Positions 1 to 11,655 of a stretch of DNA of 64,000 bases are shown in pieces; position 1 is the stretch's first letter; each line of letters begins with the position of its first letter. The notes beneath the pieces are model-generated. The model saw nothing but the letters and a program-made list of their open reading frames with translations, did no database searches and was not told the origin of the DNA. The stretch covers positions 31,670,883 through 31,734,882 of the forward strand of contig NC_057719.1 in assembly GCF_004010195.1 (NCBI RefSeq), given 5' to 3'. The translations under genes were made by a program, and so were the position numbers. The stretch is from Chiloscyllium plagiosum (taxonomy: Eukaryota).

Positions 1-118
1 TTTTGAATCTGTAGTCTGTACTGTTTGTCCTGTTCGGGTCCGAACTCTGCTGGTTTAAAGGTGGTCCGGAGTCCATGTGGGATGAGATGGTTACGGAGGC
101 AGGCTACCTAGTGTGTTT

Positions 119-510
119 GGCCCATGTCTTATTCATTTACTTATCCAAATGTCTTTTAAATGTTGTAACTATGCTCCCATACACCACTTCCTTTGCAGGT
201 TCATCCCACACGCTGACCACTCTTTTTAAAAAAAAAAGGTAAATTGTCCCTCATGTCTTTTTAAAATCTTTCTCCTTTCAGATATATCCCTAGTCTTGAA
301 ATTTCCCACGCAAAGGAAAAGACACCTGCCGTTCACCTTATCTATACTCCTCATGTATTATAAACCTCTATAAGGTCACCCGTCAACCCCCTACGCTCCA
401 GTGAGGAAAGTCCCAGCCTATTCAGTCTCTATGTATAACTCAAACCTTTCATTTCTGGCAACATTCTAGTAAATCTCTTCTTATCCCTCTCGAAACTCTC
501 GAAACTTAAT
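119..510 (-). mobile_element. CR1 (HER1-like) LINE 3' fragment
   Basis: Degenerate reverse complement of the CR1 ORF2 C-terminus seen intact at 54578-55172 (RLRGDLIEVYKIM..., FKRHLD.YMN motifs). Confidence 0.8.
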
Positions 511-928
511 ATATCAACTAGCCACGAAACGACACGACCAGCTATCCTTAGTAGCCACTCACGCAGACAACAAGCAACATGAATTCGACTGGGACAACAC
601 TACTATTATAGGGCAAGCCAGACAGAGAACAGCCAGGGAATTCCTAGAGGCATGGCATTCATCCACAAACTCCATCAACAAACACATCGACCTGGACCCA
701 ATATACCAACCACTACAGCGGACAGCTGAAACTGACAACCGGAAGCGGCAGGGACAGACCACTATAAACACCGGAGGAAACATCAAAGAAGCGCTTCGCA
801 GGAGGCTCCCAAGCACTGATGATGTCGCCTAGCCAGGGGACGAAACGTTTGCAACAAAAACTTCCAGCTCGGCGAACAGAACCACAACAACGAGCACTCG
901 AGCTACAAATCTTCGCACAAACTTTGAG
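511..928 (+). mobile_element. Penelope-like element (family B-related) 3' end: GIY-YIG C-terminal region, hammerhead and tail
   Basis: Translates QLATKRHDQLSLVATHADNKQHEFDWDNTTIIGQARQRTAREFLEAWHSSTNSINKHIDLDPIY, homologous to the GIY-YIG ORF at 1832-2401; followed by a hammerhead core. Confidence 0.85.
813..852 (+). ncRNA. Minimal type I hammerhead ribozyme (PLE family B)
   Basis: GCA-CTGATGA-T-GTCGCCT AGCC AGGGGAC-GAAA-CGTT-TGC: catalytic core, stem II hairpin, palindromic ACGT stem III, GCA/TGC stem I. Confidence 0.75.
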
Positions 929-1002
929 CCTTATAGAGCCTCACAGGTACATTTCAGCTTTTATATTCAAGTCCTCTGAAATTAAATGCCATCATTGCAT
1001 TT

Positions 1003-1342
1003 GAGATTAGATTTAGATTACTAAGATTAGATTACTTACAATGTGGAAACAGGCCCTTCGGCCCAACAAGCCCACACCGACCCCGCCGAAGCGCAACTCA
1101 CCCAGACCCATTCCCCTACATTTCACCCCTTCACCTACCGCTACGGGCAATTTAGCATGGCCAATTCACCTAACCTGCACATTTTTGGACTGTGGGAGGA
1201 AACCGGAGCACCCAGAGGAAACCCACGCAGACACGGGGAGAATGTGCAAACTCCACACAGTCATTCACCTGAGGGGGGAATTGAACCCGGGTCTCTGGTG
1301 CTGTGAGGCAACAGTGCTAACCACTGTACCACCGTGCCGCCC
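1003..1342 (-). mobile_element. HE1-type tRNA-derived V-SINE
   Basis: Minus-strand head GGGCGGCACGGTGGTACAGTGGTTAGC (A box) ... GGGTTCAATTCC (B box), CR1-like 3' tail and (AATCT)n repeat. Confidence 0.9.
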
Positions 1343-1550
1343 ATTTGCTTTCCTTTACTACAGGCTCAACCTGCACGTTTACTTTGAGAGAACCCTGGAC
1401 TAGAACTCCCAAGACTAGAACTTCAGACTTCTAAATTTTCTCCCTATTTGGAAAATAGTCTATGCCTCCTTTCTTCCTAACAAAGTGCATGACCTCGCAC
1501 TTTCCTGTATTGTACTCCAGCTGTCACTCCGTTACCCACTCTCCTAACCT

Positions 1551-3699
1551 AGGTAGACAGGCAGGAGGCTGGAAGAAAACAGCAAGCCAGGCAGTATCAT
1601 GAGGTGGAGGAGTTGACGTTTGGGGTTTAACCCTTTAGGACTGGGGGTGGGTGTAGGGGGAACTGCAGATAAAGGGGGTGGCAGTGGTAAATCTAGTAGG
1701 TGGAAGGGAGCCACCTACTGGATGTAGGTTTGCTTGCTTAGCTGGAAGGTTCATGATCAGATGTTTCATAACCATACTAGGTTACATCTTCAGTGAGCCT
1801 CCGGACGAAGCATTGCTAATGATTCCTGCTTTCAGTTTATATGTTTGGGTTTCTTTGGGTTGGTGATGTTATTTCCTGTGTTGATGTAATTTCCTGTTCT
1901 TTTTCTCAGTAGGTGGTAAATCGGGTCCAAGTTAATGTGTTTGTTAATAGAGTTCTGGTTGCAATGCCATGCTTCTAGGGATTCTCGTGCGTGTGTCTGT
2001 TTGACGTGTCCTAGGATGGATGTGTTGTCCCAGTTGAAGTGGTGTCCTTCCTCACCTGTACGTAAGGATATTAGTAAGAGAGGGTCATGTCGTTTTGTGG
2101 CTAGCTGATGTTCGTGTATCCTGGTGGCTAGTTTTCTGCCTGTTTGTCCAATGTGGTGTTTGTTACAGTCCTTGCACAGTATTTTGTAAATGACATTAGT
2201 TTTGCTTGTTATCTGTATAGTGTCTTTCAAGTTCATTAGCTGCTGTTTTAGTGTGTTGGTTGGTTTGTGGGCTACCATGATGCCAAGGCATCTGAGTAGT
2301 CTGGCAGTCCAGACAAACCAACGGAACACACACAGGATTTCCGATATCAGGGTTCTTAGCAGAGACAGTAATACAGAGACTTGAACAAATAGCTCTGCCA
2401 ACCATCCAACCCAACTTTGGGTCCGCTACGTGGGTGACACCTTTGTCATCACTAAACAAAACAAATTAGAGGAAACCTTCATGACCATCAATAATACCCT
2501 TAGCTGGTATAAAATTCACTAAAGAGGACAGCAACAACAAACTGCCATTCCTAGATGTCACAGTACAGCAAACAGCCAATGGGGAACTTGAAACCAGCAT
2601 CCACAGGAAAACAACACATACGGACCAAATATTGAACTACAGAAGCAATCATCCCAACATCCACAAATGAAGCCGCATCAAAACATTATTTCAACGAGCC
2701 ACCACACACTGCAGCACAGAGGAGCTACGCAGAGCAGAAAGAGATCACCTATACAGTGTATTCAAAAAGGATGGGTAACCAACGAACACAATCTGCAGAT
2801 TTCTCTGCAACAAACCCAAAACACATCCAGAAACCCTAGCCACTCTCCCTTACATCAAAGACATCTCTGAAATGACAGCCAGACTACTCGGACCCCTTGA
2901 CATCATGGTAGCCCACAAACCCACCAACACACTAAAACAGCAGCTAATGAACTTGAAAGACCCTATACAGAAAACAAGCAAAACTAATGTCATTTGCAAA
3001 ATACCTTGCAAGAACTGTAACAAACATTACATTGGACAAACAGGCAGAAAACTAGGCACCAAGACATACATGAATATCAACTACCCACAAAATGACATGA
3101 CCCTCTCTTACTAATATCCTTAAATACAGGTGAGGAAGGACACCACTTTGACTGGGACAACACATCCATCCTAGGACAAGCCAAACAGACACGCACGAGA
3201 ATTCCTAGAATCGTGGCATTCCAACCGGAACTCTAACAACAAACACATTGACTTGGACCCGATTTACCATCCTCCTGAGAAAAAGAACAGGAAATGACGT
3301 TACCACAGGAAATGACGTCACCAACCCAAAGAAAGCAGGAATCATCAGCAAGACTTCATCTGCAGGCTCACTGATGTTACCCAGTATGTTGACAAAACAT
3401 CTGAACATGAACCTTCCAGCTCTGCGAGCAAACCTACATCCAGAACCTCAACTTGAGCTACAAATTTTCTCAAAACTTGCACAGCCACCTACTGGATTCA
3501 TTCCTCCCATTGACCAACCTCCCATTGCCTATCATTACCTATCCCCACTTCACCGCCCTGCTCCCACCACCCCCTTTATCTGCAGCTTACCCTACACCCA
3601 CGTCCAGGCCTGAAGAAAGATTACCGAAACGTTGATTTCTCCAGCCTTCTGCCTGTCTAGTTTGGATTCCAGTATCTGTAGGTTTTTTTTTGTGTTTCG
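1551..3699. mobile_element. Inverted-repeat PLE terminal element (family A-related), split by a second PLE
   Basis: Arms at about 1552-1690 and 3545-3660 are reverse complements; degenerate hammerhead cctgaagaaagattaccgaaacgttg near 3610-3635; 12-bp direct repeat at 1539-1550 and 3700-3711. Confidence 0.75.
1720..3482. mobile_element. Penelope-like retroelement (family B) with inverted 3' duplication; RT and GIY-YIG pseudogene
   Basis: Plus strand LWVRYVGDTFVI (YVDD-like) ... IKFTKE...LPFLDVTV...RKTTHTDQILNYRSNHP, and NVICKIPCKNCNKHYIGQTGRKL; inverted copy at about 1720-2345; 15-bp direct repeat agccacctactggat at 1709-1723 and 3483-3497. Confidence 0.9.
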
Positions 3700-4491
3700 C
3701 TCTCCTAACCTGTCCAAATCCATCTGCAGCCTCCCCACTTCCTCAATGCTACCTGTCCTTCTACCTATCTTTATCTCATCTGCAAACATAGCCAGAATGC
3801 TCTCAGTTTCTTCATCTACATCATTAATGTATAAAATGAAAACTTGTGGTCCCAAAACTGATTCTTACGGAACATCACTTGTCATCAGCTGCCATCCTTT
3901 TATTCCCATTCTGTGCTTTCTGCCAGACAGCCAAGCATCTTGCCTCTGACACCTTGGGGCCCATTTCTTACTCAGTACCCTCTTGTGCGGCACCTTGTCA
4001 AAGGCCTTCTTGAAGTCAAGGTAGATAACATACATTGGCTGTCCTTGATCTAACCTGCTTGTTATTTCCTCAAAGAACTCTAGCAGATTTGTCAGGCAAT
4101 ACCTCCCCTTGGTGAATCCATGCTAACTTTGTCCTGTTTTACCATACACTTCCAAGTATTCAGAAATCTCATCCTTCACAATGGATTCCAGGATCCACAA
4201 CAGAGGTTAAGCTAATTGGTCCATAATTTTCTATCCTTTTCTTTACTCCCTTTTTAAACAGGGGTGTCACATTTGTGATTTTTCAGTTTTGGGATCATCC
4301 CTGGGAATTGGGAATTCATTTTACTAGTGATGTCATAGAATGGGAATTACTTGAATTATCAGTTTGTTTTGGAAGTTCTTGACAAACTAGTTGCTTAACT
4401 TTATGAATAAAGAGAAATCTTTTGAGTTTTTAAAAATAGATTCCTGCATTTTCTCACTAAACTGCATGATTTTGTTTTCCTCTCTTTTCAG

Positions 4492-4629
4492 TGGGTGTAG
4501 ATTGTTGAAACCAGACATTTTGGTTGGCTTTGCAGAGTTGGCATTTCTAAAGGAAATCGTAATTTCAAACAATCCACATTTAACTGATGTAATACTGAAG
4601 CAGTTTCGAACTTTAACTGACAACAGAGT
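4492..4629 (+). CDS. Internal coding exon of a leucine-rich-repeat protein (F-box/LRR, AMN1/cysteine-containing LRR type; FBXL13-like character)
   Basis: Strong acceptor ttttgttttcctctcttttcag, donor gtatgt, 138 nt phase 2-2, open frame GCRLLKPDILVGFAELAFLKEIVISNNPHLTDVILKQFRTLTDNR matching the LxxLxLxxNxxLTD pattern; unique, non-repeat context. Confidence 0.7.
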
Positions 4630-5284
4630 GTATGTCACACAGAAGAACAAGAGAAATCACGATAGATGCGATTGTTATTTTGTTTTTGGTCTGTGAGTGG
4701 ACAAAGCAAAATGTTTCATGCGTGATTAAGGTATAAGGTTGACTGAGAACTGAAGAAATGTGCTCATGACACAGATGGACTGGATTCACAACTATCATGT
4801 TAAACGTCTGGCAAGCGGAAATCCATGAAGTCAAATGACAAGCTTATTGATATGTGCATACCAAGCATTTTAATTTAAAATTGTCAATTGTCATAATAAC
4901 AAAAGTCATTTATAGTTTGGTAAAACATTTATTCAAGTTTATTATTGTGTTTGTTTATTATTCTATATTACACATGTGTATGACCACCAGGGGGATCTCT
5001 TGCACAAGTTTCACATCATTGTGATTTTAACCCTTGAAGAACTACACCTTTTAATATACCTTTCATTATAGAGACATATTCTCAGGTTTCCAAAATTGTT
5101 TTCCGTCTTTGCCAGGGAATATTTGTTTGTCACAAGTAGGATTGATAAAGCTATATGGAGAATCTTAGCAAAATCTTCAGATTTTTTTTTATAAGAAAGA
5201 AGATAATAATGTTCTTCTGAAAGAGACTTGTTTCAGTTGAATACAAGATGGCCATAAATCTCTCAATGGGAATTTTATTCTCTA

Positions 5285-5498
5285 CAGTCTATTCTAATAT
5301 AACATGATAGTTCTGTTCCTGTGCGATCCCACGTTATAAGAAAATCACATACCAACACCATTTAAACCAATGGGACCGGAATCGCATTAGTCAATACAGG
5401 TAAGGAAAGTTCATGTTTTATAAATAATGGCCTAAACTCTTCAATCACATTATAGTCAATTCATGTTGAAGAAACATGCATTATAGCAGAACTGACTG
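5285..5498. mobile_element. Tc1/mariner (Tigger/pogo-like) MITE
   Basis: TA|CAGTCTATTCTAATATAA ... TTATAGCAGAACTGACTG|TA: imperfect TIRs beginning CAGT with TA target duplication. Confidence 0.7.
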
Positions 5499-5544
5499 TA
5501 ATAATTTTAATAGTAAAATTAGCAGTAATATGCAATACGATAAT

Positions 5545-5700
5545 CATAGTCATACAACATGGAACTCGACCCTTCAGTCCAACCAGTCCACACCAACCAT
5601 GTTCCTAAATTAAACTAGCTTCATTTGCCTGTGCTTGGCTCATCTCCCTCAAAATCTTTCCTATTTGTGCGCTTATTCAAATTTTAAGCATTATAATTGT
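5545..5700 (-). mobile_element. CR1 3' tail fragment
   Basis: Reverse complement of ggactgaagggtc...catgttgtatgactatga tail. Confidence 0.7.
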
Positions 5701-5924
5701 GATGTTAATGTTCATAGTCTCACTAATGGCAAGTTGAGGTGGTATTAATGTCTGAAAAGTCTAAAATAAATAAACTTTATTTTAACTTTTGATCTCTGCT
5801 GTGTGGACAGTTGGCAAGTTGAGTTTAACAAGACTCTTAATTTAATAAATAGATTTTTTTTAATGGATAGAATAATTTTATGAGAGCATTTGATTAGCAG
5901 CAGTTCCAAACTGTGACAATACAC

Positions 5925-7430
5925 AGGATGTCAGAAGACTGGAGCTTGGCTAATATGGTGCCAATATTTAAGGAATGTGGGAAGGAAAAACCAGGTAACT
6001 ATAGACCAGTGAGTCTGACATCATGATGGGCAAGTGGAGGGAATCCTGAGGGATGGGATTTACATGTATTTGAAAAGGCAAGGACTGATTAGGGATAGTC
6101 AACATGGCTGTGTGGGAAATCATGTTTCACTAATTTGATTGAATTTTTTGAAGAAGTAATGAATAGGACTGATGAGGGCAGAGTGCTGGAAGTGATCTAT
6201 ATGGACTTCAGTAAGGCGTTCAACAGGGTGCCTCATGGTAGACTGGTTAGCAAAGTTAGATCATGTGGAATACTGAGAGAACTAGCCATTTGGATACAGA
6301 TCTGGCTCAAAGGTAGAAGACAGAAGGTGGTGGTAGAGGTTTGCTTTTCAGGGTTGCCTGTGACCAGCAGTATGCCATAAGAATTGATGTTGGATATAAT
6401 GCTTTTAGTCATTTATATACATAATTTGGATGTGAACATGGGAGGTATAGTTAGTAAGATTGGCGGTGTAGTGGACAGCAAAGGAGGTTACTTCAGAGTA
6501 CAACAGGATCTGGATCAAATGGACCGAGAAGTGGCAGATGGAATTTAAATTAGCTAGATGTGAGGTTAGCTAGAGGTTTGCATTCTGGGAAGGCAAATCA
6601 GGGCAGGATGCGTTCACTTAATAGTAAGATCCTGGGGAGTGTTGCTGAACAAAGACCTTGGAGTGCAAGTTCATAATCCCTTGAAAGTGGAGTTGCAGGT
6701 AGATACAATTGTGAAGAAGGCATTTGGTATGCTTGCCTTCACTTGTCAGTGCATTCAGATTTAAGCGTTGGTAGTACATGTTGCAGCTGTATAGAACATT
6801 GGTTAGGTCCCTTTCGGAATGCTATTTGCAATTCTGGTCTACCTGCTTTAGGAAATATATTGCAAACATGAAAGGATTCAGAGAAGATTGACAAGGATGT
6901 TGCCAGGCATTGGACGGTTTGAGTTATAAGGAATAGAGTGAATAGACTGGACCATCCAAGGCTGAGGGGTGACTTTATCAAGGTTTAGGAAGTCATGAGG
7001 GTTATGGATAGGGTGAATAGCTAAGATCTTTTCCCCGGATGGGGGAGTCCAAAATTAGAGGACATAGGTTTAAGAGGAGAAGAGAAATATTTAAAAGGGA
7101 CCTAAGGGCAAGTTTTTCATGCAGAGTGTCATCTATGTATGGAACGATTTGTTTTATTGTCACTTGTACTCAAATACAGTGAAAAGCTGTGTTTGTGAGC
7201 AGTGCAGACAGTAAGCAAGGACATGTAGATCATAGGGTGAAAATAAAACTTGGACTGAATAAGGCCTACAGAGCTACCAGAGGAAATGGTGGAGGCTGGT
7301 ACAATAAAAATGTTTAAAATAGCAAGGTTTTAGGGAGATATGGGCCAAATGCTGACAAATGGGACTAGATTGATTTAGGATACTGGACTGAAGGGTCTGT
7401 TTCATGCTGTACAACTGTATGACTCTACAT
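5925..7430 (+). mobile_element. CR1 (HER1-like) LINE, 5'-truncated RT pseudogene with 3' tail
   Basis: LIEFFEEV...VIYMDFSKAFNRVPHGRLVSKVRS; frameshifted; ends in ctgtatgactctac tail. Confidence 0.9.
7146..7270 (-). mobile_element. Short 3' tail of another LINE (Rex1/Babar-like) inserted in the CR1
   Basis: Interrupts the CR1 WNELPEE motif; minus strand ends cttttcactgtatttgagtacaagtgacaataaaac, resembling Rex1/Babar tails from memory. Confidence 0.45.
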
Positions 7431-7530
7431 TACAGAATTACTATTCAGGTTTAGAGATCTTTGCTTTTGCAGATAATGAATGACTGTGTACAGATATCAG
7501 AGCCCAGGTTAAAACAGAGTCTGTAAAAGT

Positions 7531-7645
7531 GGAAAGTGAGGACTATAGATGCTGGAGATCACAGTTGAAGAGTGTGGCGCTGGAAAAGCACAGCCAGTCA
7601 GGCAGCATCTGAGGAGCAGGAGAATCGACATTTCGAGCATAAGCT
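7531..7645 (-). mobile_element. PLE family A terminal fragment (tail plus partial hammerhead)
   Basis: gaaagtgaggactatagatgctggagatc...gagaatcgacatttcgagcataagc matches 46706-46820. Confidence 0.75.
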
Positions 7646-7789
7646 GTTTCTGTAATGGTGCTGTCCTCTGTGGTATCTGCAGTGAGATGTATTACAGATT
7701 CTAATTGTGATGTAACTTCATCTTTTTCAGTATAATCATTTGTGCAGTTTAGGCATCATATTACTGACGAAGGCAGAGAATAGCAAGAA

Positions 7790-8345
7790 TTTCTGGTTTG
7801 CATTCATGAAAATATTCTATGTGGTTTCAGTCTATTGAGGAATGAGGAACTGCTGGACTGGTTCTGGGAATGAGGTTGGGCTAAGTGAATCAACTCAGTC
7901 AGGGATAATTTAGGGGATCGTGATTGTTGCTTAAGAAGATTTAGTTTTCCCTCAGTAAAGGTTAAGGAACAAGCCAAAGTAAGAATAATTAGGTAGAGGG
8001 AAGCTAGTTTTACTAGGGTAAACGTAGATCAGCCTAGATAAATTAAGAGTCATTGATAAGCAAGCAAAACTTGAGTTGGGCAATGAGCTCCCCTGAAAGG
8101 ATCCAAGTAGTCAAGGTATATGACCACAAAAGGAAAAGGGTAGGGCAATAAATGCAGAGTTCCTTGGATGGCAAAAAGCAATCGAGATTATGTTAAAGCT
8201 GAAAAAAGAAAGGATTATGATGTCAGGCGGATAATTCAATTGAGAACCTGGGTAAATTTAGAAAGTTCAGAGAGAAATTGATGAAGCACGTAAGAAAAGC
8301 AAAAGAAGATGAAGACACTGGCATCTAACACTAAACAAACAACAG
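7790..8345 (+). mobile_element. Highly degenerate CR1 ORF2 fragment (post-endonuclease region)
   Basis: Remnants of LDLVLGNE.GQV-like and PW motifs, homologous to 63666-63983. Confidence 0.55.
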
Positions 8346-8548
8346 AATCTTGTGATAAAGCAGTAAGTCTCTATCCCTGGGTGAGCAGTTCGTGTTGAAA
8401 TTCTATCTATTCTGGAGGTGTGTCACGATGTGTCCAAACAGGTTAATTGAAAATAACTTTGAGTACCTAAGTCTGTGGCACTGTGACAGAGTCCTTACTC
8501 TGGGCCAGGAGGTCCACGTGCAAAAGAACAAAGAAAATTACAGCAAAG

Positions 8549-8873
8549 TGGGCGGCACAGTGGTTAGCACTGCTGCCTTACAGCGCCAGAGACCCGGGTT
8601 CAATTCGGCCTCAGGCGACTGACTGTGTGGAGTTTGCACGTTCTCCCCGTGTCTGCTTGGGTTTCCTCCGGGTGCTCCGGTTTCCTCTCTCAGTCCAAAA
8701 GATGTGCAGGTCAGGTGAATTGGCCATGCTAAACTGCCTGTAGTGATAGGTGAAGGGGTTAATGTAGGGGTATGGGTGGGTTGCGCTTCGGCGGGGCGGT
8801 GTGGACTTGTTGGGCCGAAGGGCCTGTTTCCACACTGTAAGTAATCTAATCTAATCTAATCTAATCTAATCTA
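8549..8873 (+). mobile_element. HE1-type V-SINE
   Basis: GGGCGGCACAGTGGTTAGCACTGCTGCC...CCCGGGTTCAATTC head; tail ggcctgtttccacactgtaagt followed by six AATCT units. Confidence 0.92.
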
Positions 8874-8879
8874 AAAAAA

Positions 8880-10352
8880 GGAACAGGTCTTTCAGCCCTC
8901 CAAGTCTGTGCTGATCCAAATCCTCCACCTAAACCTGTCATCTATTTTCTAAGGATCTGAATCCCTTTGCTCCCTGCCCATTCATGTATCTGTCTAAGTG
9001 TCATTTAAGATGTATCATCATGCCCGCCCCACCACACCATTGATATCGCATTCCAGGCTCCCACTACCCTCTGCATAAAGAACATTCTACAAATATCTCC
9101 CTTAAACTTTTCCCTTCTCACTTTGAACTCGTGACCTTGAGTAATTGAGTTCCTCCACTCTGGGAAAATGGTCACTGTTCTCCATTTTGAGAAACTCCAT
9201 TCCACCTTTACTCTCTGTATCCTGTTGCCCAGCCAGTTCTTTATCCATCTAGCTGGTACACACTGGATCCCATACGACTTCACTTTCTCCATCAGCCTAC
9301 CATGGGGAACCTTATCAAATGCCTTACTGAAGTCCATGTACATGACATCTATAGCCCCTCCCTCATCAATCAACTTTGTCACTTCCTCAAAGAATTCTAT
9401 TAAGTTGGTAAGTCATGACGTTCCATGCACAAAACCACATTGCCTATTATTGAAGCCCATTTTCTTCTAAATGGGAATAGATCCTATCCCTCTGTCTCTT
9501 AACCAGCAGCTTCCCTACCATGTCAGGCTCATCGGTCTATGATTACCTGGATTATCCCTGTTATGCTCCTTAAACAAGGGGACATCATTAGCAATTCTCC
9601 AGTACTCCAGGACTTCACCCATATTCAAGGATGCTGCAAAGATATTTGTTAAGGCCCCAGCTATTTCCTCTCTTGCTTCCCTCAGTAACCTGGGATAGAT
9701 TTCATCCAGACCTGTCGACTTGTCCACCTTAATGCCTTTTAGAATGCCCAATACTTCCACCTTCCTTATGCTGACTTGACCTAGAGTAATCAAACATCTA
9801 TCCCTAACCTCCATTTCTGTCATGTCCCTCTCCTCAGTGAATACCGATGCAAAGTGCTTGTTAAGGATCTCACCCATTTTCTCTGACACCGCACATAACT
9901 TTCCTCCTTTGTTCTTGAGTGGGCCAACCCTTTCTTAGTTACCCTCTTGCTCCTTGTATATGAATAAAAGGCTGGGATTTTCCTTAACTCTGTTTGCTAA
10001 AGATATTTCATCACTCCTTTTAATTCCTCATTTCAGATTGGTCCTACATTCCCAATATCTTCCAAAGCTTCATCCGTCTTCAGTTGCCCAGACATTGTAT
10101 GCTTCCTTTTTCCTCTTAGCTAGTCTCTCAATTTCACCTGTCATCCATGGTTCCCTATTCTTACCATTTCTATTCCTCATTTTCACAGGAACATACCTCT
10201 CCTGCTCTCTAATCAACCTCTCTTTAACAGCCTCTCACATATTGAATGTGGATTTACCTTCAAACAGCCGCTCCAAATCTACATTCCCCAGCTCCTGCTG
10301 AATATTTGTATAGTTGGCTTTCCCCCAGCTTAGCACTCTTCCTTTAGGACCA
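8880..10352 (-). mobile_element. CR1 LINE ORF2 pseudogene with internal deletion
   Basis: Minus ORFs: MGEILNKHFASVFTEE...DKSTGLDEIYPRLLRE...NHRPMSLT and DVMYMDFSKAFDKVPHGRL joined directly to GHEFKVRREKF. Confidence 0.9.
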
Positions 10353-10404
10353 CGTAAGTGGGTTAGAACAGAACCTCAAACCAAAGATAACCTTTTAAGA
10401 TAAT

Positions 10405-10608
10405 GTTAAAAATCACACAGCACCAGGTTATAGTCCAACAGGTTTAATTGGAAGCACTAGCTTTTAGAGCACTGCTCCTTCAGGTAGACCTGATGAAGGA
10501 GCAGCGCTCCGAAAGCTAGTGCTTCCAATTAAACCTGTTGGACTATAACATGGTGTTGTGTGATTTCTACCTTTTTACACCTCAGTCCAACACCGGCATC
10601 TCCAAATC
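10405..10608. mobile_element. Palindromic PLE mini-element (family D) with hammerhead
   Basis: About 80-bp near-perfect inverted arms centred near 10486, extra tail of about 38 nt on the right arm; flanks ttaagataatgt / ttaagaccatgt (10/12 duplication). Confidence 0.85.
10487..10521 (+). ncRNA. Minimal hammerhead ribozyme (PLE family D)
   Basis: AC-CTGATGA-A-GGAGC AGC GCTCC-GAAA-GCTA-GT: intact core, 5-bp stem II, palindromic AGCT stem III, CUA cleavage triplet. Confidence 0.8.
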
Positions 10609-11534
10609 TTAAGACCATGTGTAGGTAAAATAACTAGAGAAAATCCACAGCAAAAAGCAGCAGAGGTGGTATATCTCTAGACAGAGAGCGAAAACTTTTA
10701 GTCTTAACACTAGAGCTGAAAGTGTATTTGAGGAATAGGAAGTCAGAAACCATGGTCATCAGACAATTTGATCAACCAAGATCTTATACTGTCAGAATGC
10801 CTGAAAGGACATTTGGGGGGAACAGGAAGTCATTGATGTTGTGCAAGCCAAGAAGTGAGACTGAGTATAATTATCACAGAATTTGGGACAACCAATCCTG
10901 TGGTAAATCAGAAACTGTGCAGAAAGGTACAACAATTCCTGACATGTTACAACTTAATCATCCTTGTATTGAATAGAAGCGGACCACATTAAGGCATCCA
11001 ATCATAATTTCAGATTGCCTTAGTCTGTTAGGTTCAGACTTTGATGTGGGAGGGAAGGATTGATGGTGATAACAGTAATGATGATAATGAGGTTATTAAT
11101 AACATTAATGATTAGCAACTGTTAGTAAAAGCAAACTACTGGGATAATGTCAGTCAGATGGGGAGATATGTTGAGGAAAGGTATGGGGTAATAAAATTCA
11201 TGTAAATCATGATGATATCACTGATCACATGATAGCCACCAGTCAGAGAGAAATCATCAGAATAAAATGAGAATGTAAAAAGAGATGTCTTAAAGAATGC
11301 TCTACAAACTAAATTTCTTATCCTGCATTGTACAGACACAAATAAAGTGGTTTAACAGCACATCCATTGTTAAGAATGTAATTTAGAGATAGCAAGCAAA
11401 CAGTCTTAGGGACAATATATGTGCAGATATCCACAGCTCAGTGATATGCCAGACCTGTATCTCATTGTGCAGGTATAAGTATTAGTTTAAAGCACAAGAT
11501 AAAGCATTTACAATACCATAAATTGCTAGTTACT

Positions 11535-11655
11535 GATGACATCAAGGGATAAGGCGATAGTGTAGGAACATGGTGTTCGGGTTGATGATCACCCATGATA
11601 TAGAACGATGGAGATAGCTCAATATGCTAAATGCTTCTGCTACTATGTTTCTACA
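11535..11655 (+). mobile_element. Old CR1 3' tail
   Basis: gacatcaagggataagg...gatcacccatgat...ttctgctactatgtttct resembles the tail at 17930-18047. Confidence 0.5.

Larger units (their letters stand above)
930..4310 (-). mobile_element. CR1 LINE RT fragment, interrupted by an HE1 SINE (1003-1342) and nested PLEs (1551-3699)
   Basis: Minus ORF 3592-3855 has YINDVDEETESILAMFADEIKIG...LQMDLDRLGE; CR1 sequence resumes across the 12-bp duplication ctctcctaacct. Confidence 0.85.
10355..11357 (+). mobile_element. Gypsy (Mag-like) LTR retrotransposon 3' remnant: integrase C-terminus, PPT and 3' LTR
   Basis: VIRQFDQPRSYTVRMPERTFGGNRKSLM resembles the PRSY.V...RNR.HL integrase tail; purine tract gggagggaagga at about 11048-11059, then TG..., AATAAA at 11341 and an ...aaca end. 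Confidence 0.6.

Noticed and set aside
1041..1403. Recurrent small ORFs (MGNLAWPIHLTC..., MWKQALRPNK...) as a gene family
   Set aside because: Translations of HE1 SINE copies
8549..8620. tRNA gene
   Set aside because: A/B boxes belong to a SINE head; no complete cloverleaf, and the SINE body follows
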